A DNA stretch of 64,000 nucleotides from Vulcanimicrobiota bacterium (lineage in GTDB: Bacteria; Vulcanimicrobiota; Vulcanimicrobiia; Vulcanimicrobiales; Vulcanimicrobiaceae): the NCBI GenBank assembly GCA_963820825.1, contig CAWGBN010000008.1, positions 512,001-576,000 on the forward strand. Reading direction: 5' to 3'. Shown here piece after piece: positions 39,429 through 49,582 of the stretch; position 1 is the first letter of the stretch, and every line of letters starts with the position of its first letter. Under the pieces are notes generated by a model, which was not told where the DNA came from, did not search any database, and saw only the letters and a program-made list of their open reading frames with translations. The translations under genes and the position numbers were made by a program.

Positions 39429-40424
39429 TTATGCCGTCCTCTTGATCATTCCGAAGGTTGCGGAGGCGATGCCGACGACGGTCGCGATGATTCCGAGCCA
39501 CTGCGGAATCCCGGCGACGGTGAGGAACAGCGGCGTTACCGCGACTCGCTCGAATTGCGAGTACGCGATTCCCCGCGAAACGGTGCGGCACGCTTTCGCA
39601 TCGCCCTTCACCAATTCGTACTCGCTGCGCAGGTAGAGCAGTTGCGAGCCGTCATTCTTCGGCGTAATGATCCAGCTCCACTCATAATGCTGGCCCGTTT
39701 GGCCGGGCACGATGGTAATCGGGTCGTCGTCGCCGTTCACCTGATCGAATTCGGGCGATCCCAACCGAGCGGTCAGCTTTAGGGTGCAGTTCGGCACCAA
39801 ATGATTCGTTGGGCTGGCAAATGCCGGAAAGCGGTTCGGGTCGGGAAGGTACCCCGGCTCCGCATGCACGATGAGCTGAAGATACTGCGACTCGCCGACC
39901 GTAAAACGCGTGCCGACGGACGGCTCGAACCAGACGTAGGTGTCTTTCCGCGCGCAGGTTCCATTCGTCAACCGATCGCTCATGCAGAGATTCGTATATG
40001 GAAACGTTCCGCTCTCGAGGCGTACGATATATTCGTGTGCGATGAAGGACGTGATCGAGAAGACGCCCGACCCGATGATCAGGGCGAGGCCGATTCTCAC
40101 GTACGCCGGTTTGTAACCCGGCACCGGCACCAAGAGCACGCCGATGATGATGAGCGTCGTGATTCCGATTCCGGCGGTGAACGCTAAGAGCTGAACGGCA
40201 TTGAGGGAAGCGTGGTGGCTCGTCAGCACGACGCGGTCGTGCACGAGCAATCCGAGTCCGGCAGCGATAAGAAATGCCGCCGTAAAAAGCGCGCCTCTCC
40301 AATGCGGCCGGACGTGCGCAAGCCGCCAGGCAAGCAGACCGAGCAGTGCAAATGTCGACATCGCAACGACCGCGGCGAAGACGTTGACGTCGGTCTGGCT
40401 TACCGGAACGATCCCTTGCATCAC
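39429..40424 (-). CDS. Hypothetical membrane protein
   Basis: Four N-terminal TM segments, a soluble domain with Cys pairs, a C-terminal TM; GAGGTG RBS. Confidence 0.75.
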   Translation of the reverse strand: MMQGIVPVSQTDVNVFAAVVAMSTFALLGLLAWRLAHVRPHWRGALFTAAFLIAAGLGLLVHDRVVLTSHHASLNAVQLLAFTAGIGITTLIIIGVLLVPVPGYKPAYVRIGLALIIGSGVFSITSFIAHEYIVRLESGTFPYTNLCMSDRLTNGTCARKDTYVWFEPSVGTRFTVGESQYLQLIVHAEPGYLPDPNRFPAFASPTNHLVPNCTLKLTARLGSPEFDQVNGDDDPITIVPGQTGQHYEWSWIITPKNDGSQLLYLRSEYELVKGDAKACRTVSRGIAYSQFERVAVTPLFLTVAGIPQWLGIIATVVGIASATFGMIKRTA

Positions 40425-40523
40425 TCACCTCACCTCGGATGGTTGGTCGGTCGAGGCTAAGTATAGTCAAGGCGGCAAATGCCAAGCAAGAGGTCGCGGC
40501 CAGCGTGAAGCGCTTCGCGCCGA

Positions 40524-42200
40524 TTAGCGGTAAACCGGCTCCCACATCGCGTCGCGAATCGCGCGCTCGAGATCGGCCGGCGCGACCCGCGCGGAACCTT
40601 CCGCGATGGCTTGCCTCGCGACCGCGAAGGCCACTCTCGCCGACACGGCCCGCAAGCTCGAAACGGGCGGGAGAATCGCAGCGCCCGGGTGGCTTGCCTC
40701 GACCGCTTCCGAAATCGCTTCTGCCGCCGCTGCAAAGAGCGAATCGCCGATCGTGCGCGCGCGCGTAACGATCGCTCCTAATCCCAGGCCCGGGAAGAGG
40801 ATCGAATTGTTCGCCTGTCCGATCGCGTAGCCGACGTCGTCGTAGAGCACCGGTGGGAACGGGCTTCCGGTCGCGACCAAAGCGCGGCCGTGCGTCCAAG
40901 CGATCAGATCTTGCGGATGTGCTTCGCAGAGATTCGTCGGATTCGAGAGCGGGAGGATGATCGGCCGCGGCGTCCCTTTCGCCATCTCGGTGATTGCGGT
41001 TTGCGTGAAGGCTCCGGGTACGGCCGAGGTTCCGATCAGCACGGTCGGCCCAATTTGCCGTACGACTTCCTCGAGCGTAATGCGTTCGTCATCGCATCGC
41101 CACGCGGCAACCTCGCTGATATCGCGCGCATATGGCGCTTGATACTCGCGAACGTTGGTGCCGCCGCGGACGATGAGGCCATGCCGGCCGACGAGCCAGA
41201 TTCGCGCGGCCGCCTCGGCGGGCGAGAGTCCCTCGCGCACGAGCGCGCTTCGCAGCAGGTCGGCGATGCCGCAGCCGGCCGTTCCGGCGCCGAAGATGAC
41301 GGCTTTGAGCTCGCACATCGGCAACCGCGCGGTTCGCAGGCCGACGAGAATCGCCGCCAGCACGACGCCGGCCGTTCCCTGCATGTCGTCGTTGAAGGTG
41401 CAGACCTCCGAACGATATTCGTCGAGAATCCAGCGCGCGTTGACGGCACCAAAATCCTCCCAATGCAGGAGCGCGTTGGGGAAGAGCTCGCGCGCGGCCG
41501 CGACGTAGCGACGAACGAACGCGCGATAGCGCTCGCCGCGTTCACGGCGCGCGCGATAGCCGAGATAGAGCGGGTCGTCGAGCAGCGTCTGGTTGTCGGT
41601 GCCGACGTCGAGCATTACCGGCAGCGTCCGCCGCGGATCGATTCCGGCCGCCGCCGTGTAGAGCGCGAGCTTCCCGGAGCAGATGTCGATCCCCCCGACG
41701 CCCCAATCGCCGATGCCCAATATCGCCTCGGCATCGGTCGCGACGAGCAGATCGATCTCGTCGCCGTGAGGAGCGGCGTTGCGGAGCGACTCTTCGATCT
41801 GCTCCGGCGCGTCGATAGAGAGAAAAGCGCCGCGCGGCCGCCGGAACTGGTGACTATACTGCTGGATCGCCGTGCCCACCGTGGGCGTGTACACGATCGG
41901 CAGCATCTCCTCGACGTGTTCCAGTAGCAGATGATAGAAGAGCGTCTCGTTGCGATCGGCAAGGGCGGTCAAAAAGACGTTCTTAGCAAGGTCGTCGGGC
42001 TGGCGTACGTACTGCTGATAGGCGCGCTGCGCTTGCTGCTCGATCGTCAGGACGGCCGACGGGAGGAGCCCGATGAGGCCCAGCGCCTCACGCTCGGCGA
42101 GCGTGAACGCGGTCCCCTTGTTGAGCTCCGGCGCGTGCAGTATGCCAAGGCCGTGCGCGCTGCCGGGCTCGCTGGAGGTAACGGAATGTACGGCGGTCAC
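40524..42200 (-). CDS. maeA: NAD-dependent malic enzyme
   Basis: LNKGTAFT, LPIVYTPTVG, ILGIGDWG, FNDDMQGT, GAGTAG, LSNPT, GQANN. Confidence 0.93.
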   Translation of the reverse strand: MTAVHSVTSSEPGSAHGLGILHAPELNKGTAFTLAEREALGLIGLLPSAVLTIEQQAQRAYQQYVRQPDDLAKNVFLTALADRNETLFYHLLLEHVEEMLPIVYTPTVGTAIQQYSHQFRRPRGAFLSIDAPEQIEESLRNAAPHGDEIDLLVATDAEAILGIGDWGVGGIDICSGKLALYTAAAGIDPRRTLPVMLDVGTDNQTLLDDPLYLGYRARRERGERYRAFVRRYVAAARELFPNALLHWEDFGAVNARWILDEYRSEVCTFNDDMQGTAGVVLAAILVGLRTARLPMCELKAVIFGAGTAGCGIADLLRSALVREGLSPAEAAARIWLVGRHGLIVRGGTNVREYQAPYARDISEVAAWRCDDERITLEEVVRQIGPTVLIGTSAVPGAFTQTAITEMAKGTPRPIILPLSNPTNLCEAHPQDLIAWTHGRALVATGSPFPPVLYDDVGYAIGQANNSILFPGLGLGAIVTRARTIGDSLFAAAAEAISEAVEASHPGAAILPPVSSLRAVSARVAFAVARQAIAEGSARVAPADLERAIRDAMWEPVYR

Positions 42201-42276
42201 CCGGCCAGCATAAGCGACGCCGGCGAAAGCCGTCGGAAGACTCTGAGAAGAACGCGTGAAGACGCTTCCCTCGGCG

Positions 42277-42328
42277 TGTCATCCTGAGCGGAGGCGTGAA
42301 GCGCCGGAGTCGAAGGGCGAAGGATGAC
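42277..42328 (+). repeat. REP-like palindromic repeat
   Basis: TGTCATCCTGAGCGGAGGCGTGAAGCGCCGGAGTCGAAGGGCGAAGGATGAC. Confidence 0.85.
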
Positions 42329-42331
42329 CCG

Positions 42332-43303
42332 CTACGCAGCGCCGCCAAATCGGCTGCGATAATCGCTCGGGACGACACCGAAGCGGCGGACGAAGGCGCG
42401 GCGAAAAGTCTCGTCGTTCCCATAGCCGACGTCTTTAGCAACCTTCTCGACCGCATCGCCGGCATTCACGAGCAGCCACCTCGCCTCATCCAACCGCAGC
42501 TCCTCGACGAAATCGGCCGGCGTGATTCCGAACGCCGATTTAAACTTACGCGTGAGGTGTCGCGGACTCAGATCCGCGTGCTCGGCGATCGCCTCGACGC
42601 TCAGGTCGTCGTTCAAGTGACCGCGGATCCACTGCGCGAGATCGGCGAAGCGATCCTTGCCCCGAACCTGCAGCAACAACGGCTGCGAGTACTGGAGCTG
42701 GCCTCCCGAACGCCGGAGATAGACGACCATTTCGCGAGCGACCTGCATCGCGATCTCACGGCCGAGATCTTCTTCGATGAAGGCAAGGCACAAGTCGATG
42801 CCCGCGGTGATCCCCGCCGACGTATAATACTTGCCGTCCTTGACGAAGATCGCGTCGGCATCCACCTCGATGCGCGGACGTTGCTCTTGGAGATCGCGGG
42901 CGAAGCGCCAGTGTGTCGTAGCACGGCGTCCGTCGAGCAGCCCGGAGTCGGCCAGCGCGTACGTCCCCGTGCACACCGAAGCGACGCGACGAGCGCGAGG
43001 CGCGTTCGCTCGCAACCAGCGCCCCAACGCCGCGCGCAGTTCGGGACGCTCTCGCACCGCGCCGCCGCCGGGGAGAATGATGGTGTCGAGCAGGCCGCAG
43101 CGCGCGAGCGTCGTCTGCGCATAGAACGCGATCCCCGATTCGGTCGAGATCGGCCCTTTTGTCGCGCCGAGAAGCACGACTTGGTACGGCGCCGGCTTTC
43201 GGCCGAGGACGGCGTTGGCGAGACTAAAGACGTCGGCGGGGCCGGCGACGTCGAGCGCCTGCACTCCGTCGTAGCCGACGATTCCGATGCGGCGAACCTT
43301 CAT
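42332..43303 (-). CDS. GlxA-family AraC regulator (DJ-1/PfpI + AraC HTH)
   Basis: ASVCTG, ATTHW, TSAGITAGID, RRSGGQ, C-terminal AraC HTH. Confidence 0.93.
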   Translation of the reverse strand: MKVRRIGIVGYDGVQALDVAGPADVFSLANAVLGRKPAPYQVVLLGATKGPISTESGIAFYAQTTLARCGLLDTIILPGGGAVRERPELRAALGRWLRANAPRARRVASVCTGTYALADSGLLDGRRATTHWRFARDLQEQRPRIEVDADAIFVKDGKYYTSAGITAGIDLCLAFIEEDLGREIAMQVAREMVVYLRRSGGQLQYSQPLLLQVRGKDRFADLAQWIRGHLNDDLSVEAIAEHADLSPRHLTRKFKSAFGITPADFVEELRLDEARWLLVNAGDAVEKVAKDVGYGNDETFRRAFVRRFGVVPSDYRSRFGGAA

Positions 43304-43377
43304 GCCAGCCAGTGTAGCGGCCGGCGCCGATGGCCGCAATGGTTCGGAACCGACGATTTCGGACATCGCCCCGCCGG

Positions 43378-43417
43378 TGTCATCCCGAGCGGAGGCGCGA
43401 AGCGCCGGAGTCGAAGG
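43378..43417 (+). repeat. REP-like palindromic repeat
   Basis: TGTCATCCCGAGCGGAGGCGCGAAGCGCCGGAGTCGAAGG; two mismatches against the 42277 copy. Confidence 0.85.
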
Positions 43418-43439
43418 ACGAAGCGCGAAGGACGCCGGC

Positions 43440-43739
43440 ATGTCAGCATACGTTATCGTCAACGTCGATACGAAACACCCCGAAGAGTACGAGCGCTACA
43501 AGGAGATGGCGCAGAAAACCGTCGCGCAGTACGGCGGGCGTTACCTCGCGCGCGGCGGCCGGATGGAGATGCTGGAAGGTTCGTGGGAACCGACGCGGAT
43601 CGTCATCCTCGAGTTCCCCTCGTATGAGAGAGCCCGCGAGTGGTGGCACTCGACCGAGTACGCGCCGGCGAAGGAGCTGCGCCAACGCCTGAGCATTACC
43701 GACCTGCTCGTCGTCGACGGCTACAATCCCGCTGCCTGA
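43440..43739 (+). CDS. DUF1330 protein
   Basis: YGGRYLARGG...LEG...ILEFPS...WWHSTEY. Confidence 0.9.
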   Translation: MSAYVIVNVDTKHPEEYERYKEMAQKTVAQYGGRYLARGGRMEMLEGSWEPTRIVILEFPSYERAREWWHSTEYAPAKELRQRLSITDLLVVDGYNPAA

Positions 43740-43751
43740 CCCGCGCGACGC

Positions 43752-44255
43752 TCAGTCGCCGAGGAGAGCGTCCGGGTCGCCGAGCTGGTAGACCGACAGC
43801 GTCGTCGCGAGCAAGAGCCACGGAATAAGCGTTGCATACGACGCGAGCAGCTTTCGATCGATGCGCGCAGCGCGTAACGCCGACGAAAGAGTCAGTGCGA
43901 AGTAGAGCGTCGTGTGCGCGAAACCGAGACTTGGGCTCTTGAGACGGAAGCGAACGAACCCATACGTCGTGAAGAGCGCCCACGCGGCGGCTTGGAGGCG
44001 AAGGTAGGCGGTACGATCGGGACCGGGCGGCGCATTGAGCACGCAGTGATTACCCCACAGCGTCAGGAGGTTGTTGATCGGCCACACGACCCCGAAGGCC
44101 CATGCCGGCGGCGCGAACGGAGGCCGCGTGCCGCGCGCGTACTCCTCCTTTGCCGCACCGGGCGAGCTCAACAGTTGCGATGCGATGTTCAGCGCCGCTC
44201 CGCCGATCAATAAGGCGCGCCAGCCGTAGCGGCGCGGGTTCTCCGAATCTGCCAT
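43752..44255 (-). CDS. TspO/MBR family protein
   Basis: RPPFAPPAWAFGVVW; five TM segments. Confidence 0.8.
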   Translation of the reverse strand: MADSENPRRYGWRALLIGGAALNIASQLLSSPGAAKEEYARGTRPPFAPPAWAFGVVWPINNLLTLWGNHCVLNAPPGPDRTAYLRLQAAAWALFTTYGFVRFRLKSPSLGFAHTTLYFALTLSSALRAARIDRKLLASYATLIPWLLLATTLSVYQLGDPDALLGD

Positions 44256-44330
44256 ACCCCGCTATACCCTCACCGAACGCATATCCCCCTATAAGCCGCC
44301 TCATCCTGTAGCGGAGCCCCGAAAGGGCGC

Positions 44331-44684
44331 CTACGCCTTACGCTGATGAAGAATAAAGCGGTTCCCCTCGGGATCTCGCGCGAAGCACGTCCAACAGGGC
44401 GGAAACTCGTAGACGTCCGTCGCCTCAACGCCCGCATCGAGCAGCCGCTGCCGCATCGCGCGAATATCGTCGACCTCAAACGCGGCGCCCGATGAAGTTC
44501 CGGACGTTATCCCGAGCTCTTCCCCGGTTGCGTCAAGCGCGAATGTAGCATTGCCTAAATCGAATTCGATCCAGTCGTCATTGAACCACTCCCCGGCTCT
44601 AAGTCCAACAACTTCGCCATAAAACCGGCGTGCTTTCATAACGTCGCACACGTAATAGACGACGAAGGAGAGTTCCTTAACCAT
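44331..44684 (-). CDS. VOC/glyoxalase family protein
   Basis: ARRFYGEVVGL...AFEVDDI...RDPEGN. Confidence 0.88.
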   Translation of the reverse strand: MVKELSFVVYYVCDVMKARRFYGEVVGLRAGEWFNDDWIEFDLGNATFALDATGEELGITSGTSSGAAFEVDDIRAMRQRLLDAGVEATDVYEFPPCWTCFARDPEGNRFILHQRKA

Positions 44685-44792
44685 CACACCTCGTACTTCG
44701 GGCATCGACGAAAATGTCTTCCGCAAAACGAGCCTCCGGCCGCACCGAATTCACAGACGCGCGCGGCATATCGCGGCCGCTGAAAAACTATA

Positions 44793-44817
44793 TCATCCTG
44801 AGCCGGTCGAAGGATGA
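44793..44817 (+). repeat. REP-like repeat, short form; supplies the GH1 stop codon
   Basis: TCATCCTGAGCCGGTCGAAGGATGA. Confidence 0.8.
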
Positions 44818-47006
44818 CTCGCATCCGCAATCAGCTGCGCATACCTGCGGCTCGAATCGGTCGGGACGCGCTTGAGTTCGGGGTCGTTGTCGAGATCGAT
44901 GTGATAGAGCCCGAAATCGCTGCCGTCGTCGAAAGGCAAGCCCCATTCGCGATTCGAGGTGATGCTCCAGCAGATGTAGGCTTCGACCGGCGCGCCCTGC
45001 TCGATGGCCATGCGCACCTGGTTGACGTGCTCGGTGAGATAGTCGGGGCGTCCGACATCGGCCGCTTTGACGACACAGCCGTTCTCGATAACGATAATCG
45101 GCTTGCCGGGAAACTCTTGCGCCGCTTCGAGCAGGATCATCCGAAGGGCGTCGGGCCAGACCGGCGCGTTGGAGTAGTGAAAGTCCGACGCCGCGGTGAG
45201 GCGATGGAGATCGCGCGGCCAAAACGACGGAACGCCCCAATAGTAGTCGAGCCCGACGTAATCCAACGTCCCGACGCACTCGCGCGGGCAGAGAAACTCC
45301 GGCAGCTTGCCGGCCATGCCGAGATTCCACCAGTTCGTGCCGAGCAGCGTCGTAAAGATCGCAAGACCCTTGCGCAGCGTGAAGAGCCCGTTTAGGAACG
45401 TCGACCGCGTCGCGCCAATCCGCTGCTCGCCTGCAACCGGCACGAACTCGACGCGCTCGGGATCACCGAAGATCAACCGCGCCGTTTCCCGCGCAATCTC
45501 CACCTCCAGCCCTGCATACCTGGTGTCATCCCGAGCCGCGCACGCAGCGCGCGTGTCGAAGGAGCGCTGCACACACAACCCCTCCACACCCGGATGAATG
45601 CCGACGCGCAACTTTCCTCGCTTGCGAATGATCTCGATCGAGCGATCCATATCGGGTACGGCGCGCGCATCGTCGGCTTCGGAATCAGCCTCCCGGCCGA
45701 TGTTCGCGACGGTCTTGCGATTGAAAGCATCCGGAATCTCCGGATGCTTCTTGCGCAGTCGGCGAATCGCACGGTCTACGATGTTGAGTAACGTGCGGCT
45801 GCCCAGCGCCATCGCCACCGCAAAATACTGCGGCCGGCCGGGAATTTGGGTGAGCGCAAGAGCGTCGCCCGCGTACTGGCGTAGCGTTACGTCGTCGTCA
45901 AACACCGCGTCGACCTCACCCCGTCGTAGCATCTCGACCGCATCGGCCATGGTCTTGACATAGACGACCATCGCGGCGGGAAACGGGCCGCCGACGATAC
46001 TCGCGAGCAGCGTCTCGGCGACGACCGCGACGCGTCCGCGCCAATCTTCGAGGCTCGCCGGCAACGTAAACGAACGCGCGTGCAGCGCGGCGAGATGCGC
46101 GCAATAGTACGGTTGGGAGAAGAACGCGTGCTCCTGGCGCTCGAGCGTCATGGTGAGCTGCGCGATCGTGCAGTCGACGCGACCCCCCTCGTTGAGCCGC
46201 GACTGCGCGATGCGCGTCGCTTGCCGTTTCGCGTCTTCCGGCGATTTGAGATGCGTGGCGTTACGATCGATCCAGCGCTGCACCCAACGCGGCAGCCCTA
46301 AGACGAGCGGATTCGCGCCGACGCGCGCATTCGGCTTCACGCTCCGAATCGCGTCGCGGGCCCGCGCGTGCGCGCGGAAGAGATTGGGGATGAGCGTGAG
46401 CACGTCGTCCATCTGCGCGTCGCCGCTCGCGTACGGCGGCTGCCCCGGCGGCATCGCATACGCGCGCATCCAAAAGCCTTTGATCCAACCGTAGACGAGC
46501 TGATCGGGCTCGTTGAGCGTGACGTAATCGTCGATCAGATCGCCGAGTCGCCGCGCAACCTCGGCGCCGAATGCCGCGACGCGCCCGGGAAAGCCCGGAT
46601 CGAGCGGCCCCGCCCCGCTCCCAGCGGCCTGCACGTGCAGCGGCCAGGTGTTGTGCACGAGCGTGACGACCACCGACATTCCGGCGTCGCGCATTGCCTG
46701 CAGAACGTCGCGATAGTGGGCGAAGACCTCGTCACTCCAAACTCCCGGCTCCGGCTCGAGCCGCGCCCACGAGAGCGAGAGCCGAAAGACCGTGCATCCG
46801 AGACCGCGCGCGAGCTCGATATCCTCGCGGTAGCGCGTCCAAAAATCGGTCGCTTTGCCGCGCGCGACGATGCCGCGCACCCGCTCCCAGACGTCGCGAA
46901 TCTCGTCGTGCCCGTCGTACGCTTCGCATTGGTGGTCGGCGGTTGCGACGCCGAAACGCAGGCTGGGTGCCACCTGCGGCTGTTGCGCGCCGCCCGCACG
47001 GCACAC
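44793..47006 (-). CDS. Glycoside hydrolase family 1 with an inserted, apparently circularly permuted SBP family-3 domain
   Basis: FGVATADHQCE, FRLSLSWAR, TLNEP, DYVGLDYY, IENG, WSITSNREW; SBP halves at about 46200-45750 and 45650-45418; start approximate. Confidence 0.85.
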   Translation of the reverse strand: MCRAGGAQQPQVAPSLRFGVATADHQCEAYDGHDEIRDVWERVRGIVARGKATDFWTRYREDIELARGLGCTVFRLSLSWARLEPEPGVWSDEVFAHYRDVLQAMRDAGMSVVVTLVHNTWPLHVQAAGSGAGPLDPGFPGRVAAFGAEVARRLGDLIDDYVTLNEPDQLVYGWIKGFWMRAYAMPPGQPPYASGDAQMDDVLTLIPNLFRAHARARDAIRSVKPNARVGANPLVLGLPRWVQRWIDRNATHLKSPEDAKRQATRIAQSRLNEGGRVDCTIAQLTMTLERQEHAFFSQPYYCAHLAALHARSFTLPASLEDWRGRVAVVAETLLASIVGGPFPAAMVVYVKTMADAVEMLRRGEVDAVFDDDVTLRQYAGDALALTQIPGRPQYFAVAMALGSRTLLNIVDRAIRRLRKKHPEIPDAFNRKTVANIGREADSEADDARAVPDMDRSIEIIRKRGKLRVGIHPGVEGLCVQRSFDTRAACAARDDTRYAGLEVEIARETARLIFGDPERVEFVPVAGEQRIGATRSTFLNGLFTLRKGLAIFTTLLGTNWWNLGMAGKLPEFLCPRECVGTLDYVGLDYYWGVPSFWPRDLHRLTAASDFHYSNAPVWPDALRMILLEAAQEFPGKPIIVIENGCVVKAADVGRPDYLTEHVNQVRMAIEQGAPVEAYICWSITSNREWGLPFDDGSDFGLYHIDLDNDPELKRVPTDSSRRYAQLIADASHPSTGSG
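45524..45562 (+). repeat. REP-like repeat lying in-frame inside the GH1-SBP gene
   Basis: TGTCATCCCGAGCCGCGCACGCAGCGCGCGTGTCGAAGG. Confidence 0.8.
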
Positions 47007-47066
47007 CTCTCGTGCCGTCCCCGTCGGGGGTTCCAACAGGTCCTCGCGGCGAAAAACCACCCAGGT

Positions 47067-49098
47067 ATGAGTTCCAGAGCCTGTCGTTCGACGATATTCC
47101 GCAGATCGCGTGGACCGCGACTCGCGACGGCGCGGATGCTGCAGCTTCAATCGCGAGTGGCACGAGTACGCCGGGTCTGAAGCGCGCGGTCGAACGCGAC
47201 GCCGGCGGCGCTGGAGAAAGCGTGGTGGGCGGCGGTCCATCGCGACGATCGCGAGTTCGTCCGCCAGGCCCTGCTCGCGAGATGGCAGGCGCGGCACCCC
47301 GTTCGAGCTCGAGCTGCGCTTGCGGCGCGCCGACGGAGTGGACCGCTGGTTTCGACTCTTCGGTTTCACCGCTCGACGGCGCACTGCTGCGCGGAGAAAG
47401 CGGGCTTGGCTCGGTATCTGCACCGACATCGACGACTATAAGCGCCAGGGCGAACTCTTTGCCTTTCTGGCGCAAGCGCGGGCGAAGCGCTTGGCGGAGT
47501 CGCTCGATCTTGCAGGCCACGCTCGACCGGCTGCTCGGGATCATCGTTCCGGAGTTCGGCGATTGGGCGGCCATCGATCTCTTCGACGACGACGACCGTC
47601 TGCAAGACCGTCGCCGCAATCCATGCCGATCCGGAGAAGATGCGGCTGGTAAAGCGAATGGTCGGGCGCTACACGCACGACCGGCGCTACGAACCCAGCC
47701 ATCGCCGAAGCTCTGCGCATGCGCCGGCCGATGGTCATCCGCGAGGTGAAGGACGAACTTGCTCAAGAAGGCCGCAGCGCCGAATCTCTTTCCGGTGATT
47801 CGCGAGCTGGCGCCGCGCTCGGCCGTCACCGTTCCGCTGCGGGTCTCGCGGGCGCACGATCGGATCGCTCGTCGCCTACTGGTGCGAGACGCCGCGGCGC
47901 TACGCCGATACCGACTTACCGCTCTTCGAAGAGCTGACGAAGCGCGCCGCCGTTTCCATCGACCACGCGCGACTCTACGAACGCGAACGCGAGATCGCCG
48001 CGACGTTTCAGCGCGCGGCGCTGCCGATTTCGCTGCCGGAAGTGCCGGGCCTGCACTTCGACGGCATCTACGTGCCGGCCAGCGATCGCGAGTTGTTGGG
48101 CGGCGACTGGTACGACGCGCTGCGCCTCAACGACGGGCGAATCGTCATTTCGGTCGGCGACGTGGCCGGCAGCGGCTTGCCTGCGGCGGTGATCATGGCG
48201 TCGATGCGGCAAGTGATTCGCGGCGTCGCGCAAGTCTACGCCGACCCGATCGCGATGCTCGACGCGGCGGATCGCACGCTGAAGACGGAGTATCCCGACA
48301 CGTTCGTTACGGCATTCGTCGGCGTGCTCGATCCGGTCGCACGAACGCTCACGCACGCCTCGGCCGGACATCCGTCCGCCATTCCTGCGCGATGACGCGA
48401 CGGAACGGTGACGGCGCTTGGCACCAGCGGGTTGCCGCTGGGTCTACGCGATCGCGGCGAGACGGCGACGACGACGCGAACTGCCGAGCTCGGGCATTGT
48501 CGTCTTCTACAGCGACGGTCTGATCGAAGTCGATCGCAACCTTCTGCGCGGCTTCGACCGGCTGACGGCAGCGATCGCCCGGCCGGAAATCGCGAGCGGC
48601 GCGAATCCGGCCGACGCGATCTATCGCGCGGTGCTCAAGCGCGGCGGCAACGACGACGTGGTCGTGCTGACGCTGCAGCTCGAGGCACCGGCGTCGAAAG
48701 CGGATTGGCGTGGAGCGCTGGGCCTCGATACGGACGACGAAGACCTCGCGCACGCGACGCGCCACGCGTTTATCGCTGCGTTTGCGCCATGCCGGAGTGC
48801 GCGAGAAACAGCTCGACGCCGCAGAGACACGTCTTCGGCGAACTGCTCGGCAACGTCGTGCGGTTTGCGCCCGGACCGATCGAGATCGATCTGTCGATTG
48901 GAACCACGGCGCCGCGCCGGTGCTTCACGTGCTCGATCGCGGCCCGGGGTTTACGTTTACTCCGAAGCTGCCCCACCGATCTGCTTAGCGAGCGCGGGCC
49001 GCGGACTCTACATCGTTTGGGCGTTGGCTGCAGACTTTAACGTGACGCCGCGCCACGACGGCGGCTCTCACGCACGGGCGGTGCTTGGGGTAGTCTAG
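47067..49098 (+). pseudogene. PAS-GAF-SpoIIE(PP2C)-HATPase signalling protein with many frameshifts (probably sequencing error)
   Basis: Fragments IPQIAWTA, FNREWHEYAG, TDIDDYK, VPEFGDWAAID, GGDWYD, VGDVAG, YSDGL, DDVVVL, GELLGNVVR, GRGL spread over three frames. Confidence 0.8.
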
Positions 49099-49141
49099 CG
49101 CTTGCTTGTGAGGGCATTCGAGGGCGACGAAAGCGCCGCGC

Positions 49142-49549
49142 ATGAGCAACCTTCAAGGCGGCTGCCTCTGCGGAGCCGTTCGATACGAATGCAACGCCGA
49201 ACCGATCGTGACGTTCAACTGTCACTGCCGCGATTGCCAGCGCTTGTCGGGCGGACCGTACGCTCCGGTTCTATACTTTCCGGCGAGTGCGTTTTCGCTG
49301 ACCAAGGGCGAGCTGCGCCGCTATGCCACCGAGAGCATGCGCAGGGGCGAGAACACGCGCGGATTCTGCGCCCAATGCGGCACGCGCATCTCGGGTGCCG
49401 AGTCGGAACGCGGCGTCGGCCTCCTCGCGTCGAGCTTGGACGATCCGAGCCTCTTTCGCCCGCAGTTCGACATCCACGTCTCCGACGCGCAGCCGTGGGA
49501 TCAGATGGACCCCGCGATTCCGAAGTTCGACGGCTATCCGCCGATGTAA
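49142..49549 (+). CDS. GFA (CENP-V) family Zn protein
   Basis: GGCLCGAVRY, CHCRDCQR, FCAQCG. Confidence 0.92.
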   Translation: MSNLQGGCLCGAVRYECNAEPIVTFNCHCRDCQRLSGGPYAPVLYFPASAFSLTKGELRRYATESMRRGENTRGFCAQCGTRISGAESERGVGLLASSLDDPSLFRPQFDIHVSDAQPWDQMDPAIPKFDGYPPM

Positions 49550-49582
49550 CGCGGCGTTGCACCGCTTAAGAGGAGAGTTGTA

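Noticed and set aside
43440..44684. Integron-like cassette array (short VOC, DUF1330 and TspO genes)
   Set aside because: Mixed orientations, no attC RYYYAAC/GTTRRRY pairs recognised and no integrase.
47007..47429. N-terminal extension of the 878-aa GH1 ORF
   Set aside because: Low-complexity Arg-rich translation overlapping the divergent PAS gene; the real start is near 47006 or 46973.
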